Origin: a virus
Taxonomy: Duplodnaviria > Caudoviricetes
Direction: 5' to 3' (one strand)
DNA: 64,000 bases
IMG/VR virus record: IMGVR_UViG_3300035520_001285
Location: 22,232 to 86,231 of that record
Below, one piece after another: positions 50,918 through 60,188 of this stretch. The notes beneath the pieces were generated by a model, which saw only the letters and a program-made list of their open reading frames with translations, did no database searches and had not been told where the DNA came from. The position numbers were made by a program, and so were the translations under genes. Numbering within the stretch: position 1 is the first letter of the stretch; each line of letters opens with the position of its first letter.

Positions 50918-50941
50918 AAAAAACCGCTCATTTCTGAGCGG
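50918..50941 (-). terminator. Intrinsic terminator on the minus strand
   Basis: ccgctca-tttc-tgagcgg stem followed on the minus strand by a T run, downstream of the 50970..51407 gene. Confidence 0.65.
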
Positions 50942-50969
50942 CTAAATCGATAACGTTTGACGATTGCAT

Positions 50970-51407
50970 TTATTTTACATCGTCCACATCATAATCATCG
51001 CCGATTTCTAAATTATCACCATCTCCATCTCCATCTGTTGAGGGTGTCTCAACCTCTTCGGGGGTTTCAGTCGTATTATCATTGCCTGTAGTGGGAGCTG
51101 AAGTTGAGGGTACTTGAATTTCGTCGTCGGCATTACCGTTGTTAGATTTGTTACCGCCTACTATGTTGACAAAATCTTCATAAATACCCTTATCAACATC
51201 TTCGGCATCGCTGCCGCTCGTGTTGTTATTATCATTATCTGAAACTTCAACGTCCTCAGCAATCATACTTGCGCTTTGTCGGTATTTTACTATTTCATCA
51301 GGGTCAAGGCCTCCATAATCACTTATAAGCCCATTGTGTTGTAAATCAGTATTACTCTGAACTCCAATCTTTTTATTTAATATATCTGTAGTAGTACAAG
51401 TTGCCAT
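50970..51407 (-). CDS. Acidic low-complexity hypothetical protein
   Basis: 145 aa, D/E/N/T-rich; own TATTTAT box 19 nt upstream and own terminator. Confidence 0.6.
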   Translation of the reverse strand: MATCTTTDILNKKIGVQSNTDLQHNGLISDYGGLDPDEIVKYRQSASMIAEDVEVSDNDNNNTSGSDAEDVDKGIYEDFVNIVGGNKSNNGNADDEIQVPSTSAPTTGNDNTTETPEEVETPSTDGDGDGDNLEIGDDYDVDDVK

Positions 51408-51426
51408 TTTATAAGGTTTCTTTTAG

Positions 51427-51433
51427 ATAAATA
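51427..51433 (-). promoter_or_regulatory. Putative phage late promoter TATTTAT (minus strand)
   Basis: Plus strand ATAAATA; 19 nt before ATG 51407. Confidence 0.55.
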
Positions 51434-51439
51434 TGTGAT

Positions 51440-52264
51440 TTATTTAGTTTGCGGTGCGGGAATTACCATCTTCTTCTGATATTCCTTGCCCCATACTTCC
51501 ATGGTATACTCAACAAGGTAACTAAAGTCTAAACATTGTGTTATATTATACTCTTTAATTTTGGCATCCATTTCTCCATATCTCTTGGTATTAACATAGG
51601 CAAGCGCACATACAAGAGAGTCGCAGGCGTCATAATTTTCCTTACGGATTTCGCCTTTTTTGTTATGCACCCATTGGATTTCAGGATATTTTTCACAAAC
51701 CATATCCATCATAACGCTTTTCTTATCGCAGTCAAAAGGGTAAGAACCGAAAAGTATTAAATGGCTTTCTTTTAGGGCTTTTTCAATGTGTTTGATTTGA
51801 TAAAGTTCACCCCTTTTGTTGAATTTTCTAATAGCAAGTAGATTAGGAAATGATTGCATACGTGCTTCATAAGACGATACATAATGTGGTATTATCCCTA
51901 ATACACGATATACTGCTTCCGAAAGCAAACCATTGAATTGCAATAATTGCGCTACCGTTTGGGCGTTACTATTAGAAGCCGTATGACAAATTGGGGATTC
52001 AATAACGCATTCGGTTATGCCCACATCTTTTATTTTAGACAGAAAATCTCTTTCAAAAATCTCTTTCCTTAGAATAAGAGCCTCAATACCCTTCTTCTCT
52101 TTGGCTATCTTTGGGACAATGTGTGTAATACGACTAATTACAGGCTCATTTACGCCATCATCCTCAATGATTGAAATACCAATGCAAGAGGTGCTAATAT
52201 CAAGGCCAAGTATCAAACTTGGATATTTTTTTTCCTCTTCTTTCTTTTCTTCTGTGTTAACCAT
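51440..52264 (-). CDS. ruvC: RuvC-like Holliday junction resolvase
   Basis: ILGLDISTSCIGIS, CVIESP, KKSVM, YDACDSLVCA: RNase H-fold D/E/D/D set. Confidence 0.7.
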   Translation of the reverse strand: MVNTEEKKEEEKKYPSLILGLDISTSCIGISIIEDDGVNEPVISRITHIVPKIAKEKKGIEALILRKEIFERDFLSKIKDVGITECVIESPICHTASNSNAQTVAQLLQFNGLLSEAVYRVLGIIPHYVSSYEARMQSFPNLLAIRKFNKRGELYQIKHIEKALKESHLILFGSYPFDCDKKSVMMDMVCEKYPEIQWVHNKKGEIRKENYDACDSLVCALAYVNTKRYGEMDAKIKEYNITQCLDFSYLVEYTMEVWGKEYQKKMVIPAPQTK

Positions 52265-52324
52265 TCGTAAGCGATTATAACAATATATACTCTTTTGAGT
52301 TTAAAAAGTCAAACAGAAATTTGG

Positions 52325-52332
52325 TATATTTG
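52325..52332 (+). promoter_or_regulatory. Host-type -7 promoter box TATATTTG
   Basis: TAnnTTTG match 23 nt upstream of ATG 52356. Confidence 0.55.
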
Positions 52333-52355
52333 CTTAAAAACAAAAGCAACACATA

Positions 52356-52706
52356 ATGCTAATTGAAGATAAATTACTGAAAGATATCACTTCATATTGT
52401 GAGCTTAATAATATAGATGTGGCTACATTTGTAAATGACAAACTCAAAAAAGCATTAATGCTTGAAAAATATGGGGAAAGGCCATTTAAGGTTAAACCTA
52501 AACCGAAGCAAGACAAGTGCAAACAACCAATAGGTAAAATTGTTGAAAGCAACACTAAGCCCAAATCGGTTAAATTTGATTACGGAAATGATGTGATAAA
52601 AGAAGCTCCGACTCAAGCGGAAAATATCATCGGAATAAAAGCCTCTGAGCAAGAAATTACAACAACAACTAATAAAAAACCAAATCGAAGAAAGCTAAAT
52701 GAGTGA
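52356..52706 (+). CDS. Small basic hypothetical protein
   Basis: 116 aa; overlaps the sbcC start; N-terminus possibly ribbon-helix-helix-like. Confidence 0.55.
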   Translation: MLIEDKLLKDITSYCELNNIDVATFVNDKLKKALMLEKYGERPFKVKPKPKQDKCKQPIGKIVESNTKPKSVKFDYGNDVIKEAPTQAENIIGIKASEQEITTTTNKKPNRRKLNE

Positions 52707-55086
52707 CAAAATTAAAATAGGGCCTAATGGTAGGGTAAATATAAAATGGAGCGTTATCCCATCCGAATATTCGGCTGATAAAGAAAAATCAATCATTGCA
52801 TCATTTGCTAAAAAGTATAGTATTCCAAAGGCAAATATAAAAGTAGAGCCTGTTTTTATTCATAAGAATAAAAATGGGGAGGATATTACTATCGCCGATG
52901 GGGTAATTGATAATATCCAAGACCCTAAATTCCAACATGAGCTTTTTAAGCAATATATTGAGCTAAATGAAATAAAAGATTACGATTTCAATAAGATTTT
53001 AGAGATTGATAGCGTTATCAACAATAACATTAACTATGAAGTTTATGATAAACATATCAAGTATTCGGTAAAATGGATAAAGTGGTCTAATTTCATGTCT
53101 TATGGCCCTGATAACTATTTTGATTTCACTTCATTAAAAGGCCTCGTCTTACTTACATCAGAGCCTGCCAACCAAGGCGGTAAATCTACTTTTTGCCTTG
53201 ATTTGCTTAGATTTTTGCTGTTTGGTAAGGTAACTTCACGTGAAAGCGATTGGACTCTATCGAAAGTATTCAACAAGCATCTTCCCGAAGCAACAGAAGT
53301 GTCTGTAGAAGGGTGTATCACTATTGATAGTATCGACTATGTTATAAAGAGAACTATTACTCGCCCCACCCTTAAAAAACGCACCGAAAAAAGTAAAGTT
53401 CTTCAGAAAGTATCATATTATAGATTAGTCAATGATCAATATATTGACCTTGAGGAAAATGAAGATTTAAGCGAAACAAGTAATACGACTACGAACAAAT
53501 CAATCAAAGAGGCTATTGGTAATGAAAGAGACTTTGATTTGATGATTTGTATTAATTCCGAAAATCTCAAAGACCTAATATCTTTGAAAGATACCGATAG
53601 GGGCCGTTTGATTTCACGATGGATTGGCTTGTTGCCGTTAGAAGAGAAGGATAAGATTGCTCGTGAGATGTATAATCAATCGGTTATGCCATCTCTTTTG
53701 ACTAATCGTTACGATGAAAATGAGCTCAAAGAGGCGGTAGAACAGTTGATAAAAGATAATGAAGAATCAGTAAAAACTATCAAAAATCTTGAAGCAAAAG
53801 AAAAAGCTTCGGAGGATAAAATAACCTCATTTGTTTCGACAAAAGAAAAACTGTTGCAAGCTAAAACCAAGGTAGATGAAACTTTACTTAAGGTTGACGT
53901 AGTAACAGTTGAAAACAAAATCAAAAATGTAGTTGAAAAAGGCAAAATCAAAAACGCTGAGAAAACACAAATTGAAAAACAACTTGAAGAAGTTAAGGAT
54001 TTAGCTTTCAATGAAGAAGAATATAAAGCATTAGAAGCCAAATGCACACAGTTGAGTGTCGATATTGCCGCTATGCGAGAACAGGCTAAATCTTACCAAA
54101 AATCAATTGATACTTTAACTAAAGGCGAGTATTGCCCAACCTGTGGCGCTAAACTCAAAGATGTTGATAACTCTAAAGCTATTAATGAACAAAGAGAAAA
54201 ATTTCTCTCATTAGTTGAAGAAGGTAAGAATAAGGCTGCGGAACTTCAAACCGAAACGCAAAAGAAAGAAAAACTTGCTACTATCAGGGAGCAATATCAA
54301 AACAAAATCAAATATCAGTTGATGATTGATAAAATTACTGTTGATATCGCTAATCTAAGGGCTAAGTATAAAGAATATAATAGATTGTTAAAGGATATTC
54401 AAAGCAATAGAGAAACTATCGAAGCTAATAACAAAATTGATATTGCCCTCAATAACATTTCGGTTAATATCAATACTGAAAAGATTGTTTTGAAGAATCT
54501 CCAAAAATCCATTATGGATGAAACTACCGAATCACAAACAAGAGAGAGAAAAATTGCAGAATACGAGCAAATAATAAAGGTATTGAACGACGAAAAATTA
54601 ATCATCCGTAATTGGAAGCTCTATCTTGAAATGGTTGGCAAGCATGGCATATGTAAACTTGTTTTGAGAACAGTTTTGCCTTTTATAAATGGAGAACTAA
54701 GACATCTTCTTAACGATGTGTGTGACTTTGATGTTGAAGTCACCATCGATGACAGGAATGATGTTGCTTTCTATCTTATCCATGATAATGTAAAATCTAA
54801 CCTTGCATCTGGTTCAGGTTTTGAACAAACAGTAGCAAGTTTAGCTTTGAGAAGTGTGCTGAATCGTATCTCTACGTTTAGCAAACCTTCTTTTGTAGTG
54901 TTTGATGAAATCCTTGGAGGTGTTGCAGCAGATAATTACGACCAAATTAAACTCCTTTATGATAAAATCGTTACCGACTTCCAAATGATTTTAGAGATTA
55001 CCCACAACAAGAATATTTTTGATTGGCATAATCAAACAATTTTGATTACTAAAAAAGAAAATATTTCGTATATTTGTCAAAAATAA
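52699..55086 (+). CDS. sbcC: SbcC/Rad50/gp46-like ATPase with N-terminal extension
   Basis: WSNFMSYG, ANQGGKST Walker A, long coiled coil with CPTCG zinc hook, ASGSGFE signature, VVFDE Walker B, ITHN. Confidence 0.88.
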   Translation: MSDKIKIGPNGRVNIKWSVIPSEYSADKEKSIIASFAKKYSIPKANIKVEPVFIHKNKNGEDITIADGVIDNIQDPKFQHELFKQYIELNEIKDYDFNKILEIDSVINNNINYEVYDKHIKYSVKWIKWSNFMSYGPDNYFDFTSLKGLVLLTSEPANQGGKSTFCLDLLRFLLFGKVTSRESDWTLSKVFNKHLPEATEVSVEGCITIDSIDYVIKRTITRPTLKKRTEKSKVLQKVSYYRLVNDQYIDLEENEDLSETSNTTTNKSIKEAIGNERDFDLMICINSENLKDLISLKDTDRGRLISRWIGLLPLEEKDKIAREMYNQSVMPSLLTNRYDENELKEAVEQLIKDNEESVKTIKNLEAKEKASEDKITSFVSTKEKLLQAKTKVDETLLKVDVVTVENKIKNVVEKGKIKNAEKTQIEKQLEEVKDLAFNEEEYKALEAKCTQLSVDIAAMREQAKSYQKSIDTLTKGEYCPTCGAKLKDVDNSKAINEQREKFLSLVEEGKNKAAELQTETQKKEKLATIREQYQNKIKYQLMIDKITVDIANLRAKYKEYNRLLKDIQSNRETIEANNKIDIALNNISVNINTEKIVLKNLQKSIMDETTESQTRERKIAEYEQIIKVLNDEKLIIRNWKLYLEMVGKHGICKLVLRTVLPFINGELRHLLNDVCDFDVEVTIDDRNDVAFYLIHDNVKSNLASGSGFEQTVASLALRSVLNRISTFSKPSFVVFDEILGGVAADNYDQIKLLYDKIVTDFQMILEITHNKNIFDWHNQTILITKKENISYICQK
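55069..55076 (+). promoter_or_regulatory. Host-type -7 promoter box TATATTTG
   Basis: Within the sbcC 3' end, 34 nt upstream of the first sigma gene ATG. Confidence 0.5.
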
Positions 55087-55110
55087 CAATTTCGTTATTT
55101 CAAATCTTTA

Positions 55111-55818
55111 ATGGTTATTTTAGATGATGGCATTATTGGCAGGACTACAACTGCATATTTTGATGATTTAAAGGGGTATAAACCACTTTCTCGTACAGAA
55201 GAACGTAATCTAATTGAACGATATCGGACTAAGCATGATATTAAAGCACGGGACAAGCTAATTAAGCACAATCTTAGGTTTGCCTGCAAATTTGCCGCAA
55301 AGTATCGGCAAAGGGGAGTATCTTATGATGAATTAATTTCAGACGCTAATATGGGACTGATTGAATCTATTGATAAATTCAATCTCAAAAAAGATGTCAA
55401 ACTTATCACATATTCAAGGTGGTGGATTCTTCAAAAGATAGGTAAGTCTATCATGAAGAATACTAAACTAAACGAGGATGCACTACCTGATGAATATGAC
55501 CCCCTTGTAGGTGATATGGATGATGATATACTTCTTGAGAATAGGCAATTAATGAACTTACATCAAGATGAGAAAGTAGATAGAGAAAAACAAGAATGCA
55601 TTAGCGATGCTTTGGATATTGCCCTCGATAACTTGACTCCAAGAGAAAGCGATATGGTCAATATGTACTATGGGAGAAAGTACGAATGCCGTTATCCGTT
55701 AGCTGAAATTGGTAAAAAATATGGGGTCACAAAGGAACGTGTAAGACAAATTATACTTAAATGCCGTAGGGAATTAAAAACATGCGGTGCTTTAGCCGAA
55801 GTTAAAACGGCTTTTTGA
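55111..55818 (+). CDS. Phage sigma70-family factor (sigma A), WW dyad and region 4.2 retained
   Basis: Region 1.2 YFDDLKGYKPLSRTEE, region 2 LIKHNLRF...DELISDANMGLIESIDKFN...TYSRWWILQKI, region 4 LAEIGKKYGVTKERVRQI. Confidence 0.85.
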   Translation: MVILDDGIIGRTTTAYFDDLKGYKPLSRTEERNLIERYRTKHDIKARDKLIKHNLRFACKFAAKYRQRGVSYDELISDANMGLIESIDKFNLKKDVKLITYSRWWILQKIGKSIMKNTKLNEDALPDEYDPLVGDMDDDILLENRQLMNLHQDEKVDREKQECISDALDIALDNLTPRESDMVNMYYGRKYECRYPLAEIGKKYGVTKERVRQIILKCRRELKTCGALAEVKTAF

Positions 55819-55859
55819 ACTATTTAATAATAAGAGAATATTTAAGGAAAAAATTAATA

Positions 55860-56276
55860 ATGGCAAAAACTAAATCTGCAAAAGAAAAAGACGTTGAAAA
55901 AGCTGTAGCTGATGCAACTAACATTGAAACTGTAGAACAAGAACTTAAAGAAGAATATAAGGAAGAGATTGAATCGGCAGAACAAGCTATGGAAGCTGCA
56001 AAGGCTGAACCTGAACTTGAAAAGGAAGTAGAACTTGTAAAAGAATACACTGAATCAAGTAAGAAAATCGAAGAACTTGCTGATAAGGCGCCTGATGAAA
56101 TTGCCAAAGCTGTAAAAGATGAATTAGAAAAGGTTGACGCACTTTCAAGGGCTACCGAAAAAAAAATCGAAGCCATCGAATCAAACCTCACTGATAAACA
56201 AAAAGAAGCCGCTAAAAAGCTTTTTGATAAACGTACCTTCACTTCCTATTGGAATGGTACTACAACTACCCGCTAA
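55860..56276 (+). CDS. Acidic/basic coiled-coil hypothetical protein
   Basis: E/K/A-rich; ATG 55860 preferred; TATTTAA variant boxes upstream. Confidence 0.6.
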   Translation: MAKTKSAKEKDVEKAVADATNIETVEQELKEEYKEEIESAEQAMEAAKAEPELEKEVELVKEYTESSKKIEELADKAPDEIAKAVKDELEKVDALSRATEKKIEAIESNLTDKQKEAAKKLFDKRTFTSYWNGTTTTR

Positions 56277-56281
56277 AAACC

Positions 56282-56794
56282 ATGAAAGCTTCTAACGTAG
56301 AAAATGCCTACGATACGTCTAAGTCTATGTTAGACACTATTAGGCGAATTAATGAAGAACAAAGTAGGCCTAAAACAAGAAAAAGAAATCTTCTCAAAGA
56401 AGAGGAGAAGAAAGATTCAATTGCAATTACAAATGAGCCTAAATTCGGCCAAAATACATTGCAAAACCAAATAGACTCTTTTAGACAGACTGTTAATAAT
56501 GGTGCCCGTTTCTCAAGCGAAAATGCTTCTGAGCCTGAGAATAATCCTTTAGTGTTCTTTCCGAGGACAGGAAACCTGGTTTTTAGTGGGAGTATTCCCA
56601 CAATGTCTGGCTTAAAATTCCAATATAGTCTTAACGACGTGACCAATGCCCCATACATTTTTGTAGATGGTTTAGCATTAACTGATGATGTAATCAATAC
56701 ACTTGTTAAGTTGAGAGGCCACTTCCTTAATTGGAAAGATGAATTCTTGGCCGCAGGAGATCTGCTTGACAAGTTAAAGGATATTAAAGATTAA
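56282..56794 (+). CDS. Hypothetical protein, possibly head-associated
   Basis: Track ORF 56249..56794, ATG 56282 preferred; carries INE and LKE motifs. Confidence 0.55.
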   Translation: MKASNVENAYDTSKSMLDTIRRINEEQSRPKTRKRNLLKEEEKKDSIAITNEPKFGQNTLQNQIDSFRQTVNNGARFSSENASEPENNPLVFFPRTGNLVFSGSIPTMSGLKFQYSLNDVTNAPYIFVDGLALTDDVINTLVKLRGHFLNWKDEFLAAGDLLDKLKDIKD

Positions 56795-56819
56795 TTTGTT
56801 TGTTGTTGGTGTTTGTTGT

Positions 56820-56847
56820 GGAGGAGGCTTTCAGCTTCCTCCTTTTT
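56820..56847 (+). terminator. Intrinsic terminator
   Basis: ggaggaggct-ttc-agcttcctcc followed by TTTTT. Confidence 0.75.
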
Positions 56848-56860
56848 ATTGTATAATAGA

Positions 56861-56867
56861 TATTTAT
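56861..56867 (+). promoter_or_regulatory. Putative phage late promoter TATTTAT
   Basis: After a terminator, 22 nt before ATG 56890. Confidence 0.6.
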
Positions 56868-56889
56868 TATAAAAATAAGATAGCCATAA

Positions 56890-57078
56890 ATGAATAAAAA
56901 AGACCAACATATTGTTAATTTAATTGCCGAAGAACTTGATAAATCCGATATTCTGAGGTATATTAAAAAAGATAGAGATTTTGAGAAACGAGTAAGAGAA
57001 ATCGTTTCTGACGTTGTTGTCGATATGTTCAGAGTTTTATGGCAACATAATAATATTTTCAAGACATTAGGTAAGTAA
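56890..57078 (+). CDS. Small hypothetical protein
   Basis: 62 aa, first gene after a TATTTAT box; TAATG overlap with the next gene. Confidence 0.6.
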   Translation: MNKKDQHIVNLIAEELDKSDILRYIKKDRDFEKRVREIVSDVVVDMFRVLWQHNNIFKTLGK

Positions 57079-57617
57079 TGGAAGAATTAGAAACTACGTT
57101 TTATCGTTTTTACTCCGAGGTTCGTTCCTTCTTATCTAAATTAATAACGAATCCAATTGCCGCTCAACCGAGTGATTACTTGCAAGAACGTAAATTCAAT
57201 AAAACTAAATTGATTAATATTCTTATGAAAAGGGGTATTCTTGAAAGGCACGAAACTATCAAGGATGCAAGTAATTCGGAATATGAACATCCAACTTATG
57301 TAGTTCAGTATAAAGTTCTGAAAAAGAACTTTGAACGAAACATAAAAAGGATTTACATTAGATTTTTTGAAAGGAATGTTCCTGAGAAGAAAGAGGTAAT
57401 TGATGAGGATGGGGCTACAGGATGTTGCTCAATTGGTAGTTGTGGTTATGACGTTCCTTTCGGAGGCATAATGAGAAAAAACAGTTCAATTTACAATCCT
57501 AAGGGTCTTAAAGAAAATAAACGAAAAATGATTTGCATTACGGAAGCCCAATTAAAGTATATAAATGAAATACTTAATACTCCTAACGCAGGCGATGAAG
57601 ATTTGAAACATGAATAA
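57078..57617 (+). CDS. Hypothetical protein
   Basis: 179 aa, translationally coupled on both sides; contains ICITEAQLKYINE. Confidence 0.6.
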   Translation: MEELETTFYRFYSEVRSFLSKLITNPIAAQPSDYLQERKFNKTKLINILMKRGILERHETIKDASNSEYEHPTYVVQYKVLKKNFERNIKRIYIRFFERNVPEKKEVIDEDGATGCCSIGSCGYDVPFGGIMRKNSSIYNPKGLKENKRKMICITEAQLKYINEILNTPNAGDEDLKHE

Positions 57618-57813
57618 TTACTACCTTGACAGAGATAATAGAGGCTTGAGCGAAAGTCTAGAGGCCATTAAAAGACAAATCAACGAAGAAATATCGAAAC
57701 CTGATGCTGATGGCCATAAAATAGATAGATTACAAGAACAGATGCTCATTCAAGGTATGTTTTCAAATAACATGAATGATATGAGCTACGGCAAATATCG
57801 TTCTCCATGGTGA
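57610..57813 (+). CDS. Small hypothetical protein
   Basis: 67 aa, overlaps the upstream stop. Confidence 0.5.
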   Translation: MNNYYLDRDNRGLSESLEAIKRQINEEISKPDADGHKIDRLQEQMLIQGMFSNNMNDMSYGKYRSPW

Positions 57814-57845
57814 ACAAATTACAAACATAATAACAATTTCTTTAG

Positions 57846-58682
57846 ATGATTACATATTCTTATACAGTAAGAGATATTAGACGTTTGATTGCGGAAAGTT
57901 CAAATGAATTTAAAGCCCGCATGGGTAATAATGTTGAAACAGAAAACAAGCGTAACAACGAGAAGTCTTACAAAGAAACCGAGAAGCATGTTAAAGATTT
58001 CAATGGTAAGATAACTCAAAAAGAACGTGCAGAAGCTGTTAAGCCCGATAGCAATAAAACTACTTTAGATTATAATCCTATTGTAGAGCCCGATGAAACT
58101 TATAAGAAAAGAGTGCAGGCGCAAGCAAAAGGTTACGCTTCTGAATTAGAAGAGAAAAATAAAATCGAAAAGGGCGGTGCCGAATTTGACAAAGAGGGCA
58201 AAATTAAAAAAGCCTATAATCAATCAAGGGATAAAGCTGAAGCTAATAAAAAAATCGTTCAAAAATCTGGCTTAACCGCAAGGGAAATGCCCGATAAAGC
58301 TTTTGATAAAAACCATTTAGATGAAAATCAAAAGCCTAAAACTAAGCGTCTTTTCTTCAAACATTCTCGTTTTATTAACGAAGCACAAGTATTAACTCGT
58401 GTCCCTGAAGAATACAAGGTTGACGGGCAAAGAATTATTATGACCGATGTGGCTAACAATGAATATATTGTAGAATGTGTTAAAAGTCCTAAGAGTGGCT
58501 TGATTGAAACTTCAATTGTTAGCTATAAAAACGATAAACTGATGAATGAACAGGTTGATAGAATCCGTCAATTAATGGATTATAAATCGGCCGATGAATT
58601 TGGCAATAGAACCGCAGAAGAAAGGCTCAATGAGCAAGCAGCGTTCAGTGATATAATGAAAATTGCCCGTGGGCAAAAATAA
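57846..58682 (+). CDS. Lys/Glu-rich hypothetical protein, possibly internal head protein
   Basis: 278 aa; repeated LIAE, LDE, INE, LMNE, LNE motifs. Confidence 0.55.
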   Translation: MITYSYTVRDIRRLIAESSNEFKARMGNNVETENKRNNEKSYKETEKHVKDFNGKITQKERAEAVKPDSNKTTLDYNPIVEPDETYKKRVQAQAKGYASELEEKNKIEKGGAEFDKEGKIKKAYNQSRDKAEANKKIVQKSGLTAREMPDKAFDKNHLDENQKPKTKRLFFKHSRFINEAQVLTRVPEEYKVDGQRIIMTDVANNEYIVECVKSPKSGLIETSIVSYKNDKLMNEQVDRIRQLMDYKSADEFGNRTAEERLNEQAAFSDIMKIARGQK

Positions 58683-58700
58683 CATTCATCATTTTATATC

Positions 58701-59408
58701 ATGAAAAACAACAAAAAAGACGCAAGCAAAGGGGGGTTCTCAATATTAAAAGAAACCTTAGGCCTGATTGAGAAATATGGCCCAATTCGTATTATAACAG
58801 GTTGTTTAATGATGTTGTTTGTATCATATGCAACATACATTAGCCTTAACCCTTCTGTTATTTTTGAAAAATACAGAGAATACGAAGAGGCTCGACATGA
58901 TGAATCCTTCAATTATCGCATGAAAGTTATTCCTATTGTGCAATCATATGTTGATAACTTATTGCTTGACATAAAAGCCGATAGGAGCTATATAATTGAA
59001 ATGCATAATGGTAAATATAATCCAACGGGGCTTTCATTTAATTACGGTTCCCTCACTTACGAAAGCCTTAATGATAGTATTCAATCAGTAAGAGAAGATT
59101 ATGCTGATTTTACATTAGAACGTTATCCTGTTTTAGTTAAGGCTTATAAAGATGGTTATTGGGCTGGCTCTTTAGATGAATTGCGCACAATTGATAAATC
59201 CATTGCTCTTAAAATGGAAGCCAATGGCTGTAAGTATGCCGCTATAACTATTATATACGGGTCAAAAAGAGATATTGGCTTCTTGGGAGTGAGCTTTGTA
59301 AATAAACCCCCTAAAAATAAGGATGAAATAAGTATAGCACTTAAAAAATATTCATCCAAGATTTCTCCATATTTAGATGGGGAAATGGCAAAAATGCTCG
59401 TTAAGTAA
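58701..59408 (+). CDS. Putative holin with single TM and GAF-like periplasmic domain (T4 gp t-like architecture)
   Basis: N-terminal TM (IRIITGCLMMLFVSYATYI), then ADRSYIIEMHNG...LTYE...IGFLGVSF GAF-like pattern; next to a spanin-like gene. Confidence 0.5.
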   Translation: MKNNKKDASKGGFSILKETLGLIEKYGPIRIITGCLMMLFVSYATYISLNPSVIFEKYREYEEARHDESFNYRMKVIPIVQSYVDNLLLDIKADRSYIIEMHNGKYNPTGLSFNYGSLTYESLNDSIQSVREDYADFTLERYPVLVKAYKDGYWAGSLDELRTIDKSIALKMEANGCKYAAITIIYGSKRDIGFLGVSFVNKPPKNKDEISIALKKYSSKISPYLDGEMAKMLVK

Positions 59409-60070
59409 TGTTTAATATTGCATCTATTTTATCTATATTAAAAAAAATATGGGAGTTTGGCAAAAAGAATTATAAGCTCATTATATTAGCTTACGCCGTA
59501 GTAGCTACTCTTCTATTTGTCTATATGAGTTATAGGAATTCGGTAATTTCTGAAGAAAAAAATAGATATGAGAGCAATCAAACAGCGCTACTCCAAGATA
59601 TAGAGAATTACGTAACCGAAAACGGTAAAAATGCTGCAAAAGTAACCCAACTTGAACTAACGGCTTCAGAATATGAAAAACTCTGTACTGAACAAGCCGA
59701 TAAAATAAAAGAGTTAGGAATTAGCCTGAAGCGCTTAGAATTAGCCTCAACAACGGCAACTACAACCAATGTAGTTGGAAATACAACTTTAAAAGACTCC
59801 GTTATTGTTTATCGAACCGATACTATTTCTGTTGTTGATACTATAAAATATTTCAAGTGGTCTGATACATGGAATTCCATTGAAGGTAAGATTAAGGGCA
59901 ATAATGTGGTTTGTAGTTATAATGGTACTGATACGCTAACAGTTGCAATTCATAAAGTTCCGAAGAAATTTTGGTTCATTAAATATGGCTGTAAGTATGT
60001 GCAAGTTGATATTGTAAATCAAAATCCTTCAAGTAAAGTGACTTACAATCAAACAGTTAAATTCAAATAA
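59408..60070 (+). CDS. Spanin/Rz-like membrane-anchored coiled-coil protein
   Basis: TM helix (LIILAYAVVATLLFVYMSY), coiled coil, then beta-rich KDSVIVYRTDTI region of the kind seen in Bacteroidota phage lysis modules. Confidence 0.5.
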   Translation: MFNIASILSILKKIWEFGKKNYKLIILAYAVVATLLFVYMSYRNSVISEEKNRYESNQTALLQDIENYVTENGKNAAKVTQLELTASEYEKLCTEQADKIKELGISLKRLELASTTATTTNVVGNTTLKDSVIVYRTDTISVVDTIKYFKWSDTWNSIEGKIKGNNVVCSYNGTDTLTVAIHKVPKKFWFIKYGCKYVQVDIVNQNPSSKVTYNQTVKFK

Positions 60071-60098
60071 TATTTTTTTAATCTCATATGATTGGTGG

Positions 60099-60126
60099 GT
60101 ATGGCATTTAAACGCCATGCTTTTTT
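60099..60126 (+). terminator. Intrinsic terminator
   Basis: gtatggc-atttaaac-gccatgc plus T run. Confidence 0.6.
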
Positions 60127-60188
60127 ATTGTTTATACTTGACTAACTAACATCTTTTTAGTATATTTTATTACATAAGAGATAATCCG

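Noticed and set aside
56795-56820. GT-rich run tttgtttgttgttggtgtttgttgtg and minus-strand ORF 56784..57062
   Set aside because: Short low-complexity spacer before a terminator; the ORF is antisense to promoter-supported plus-strand genes.
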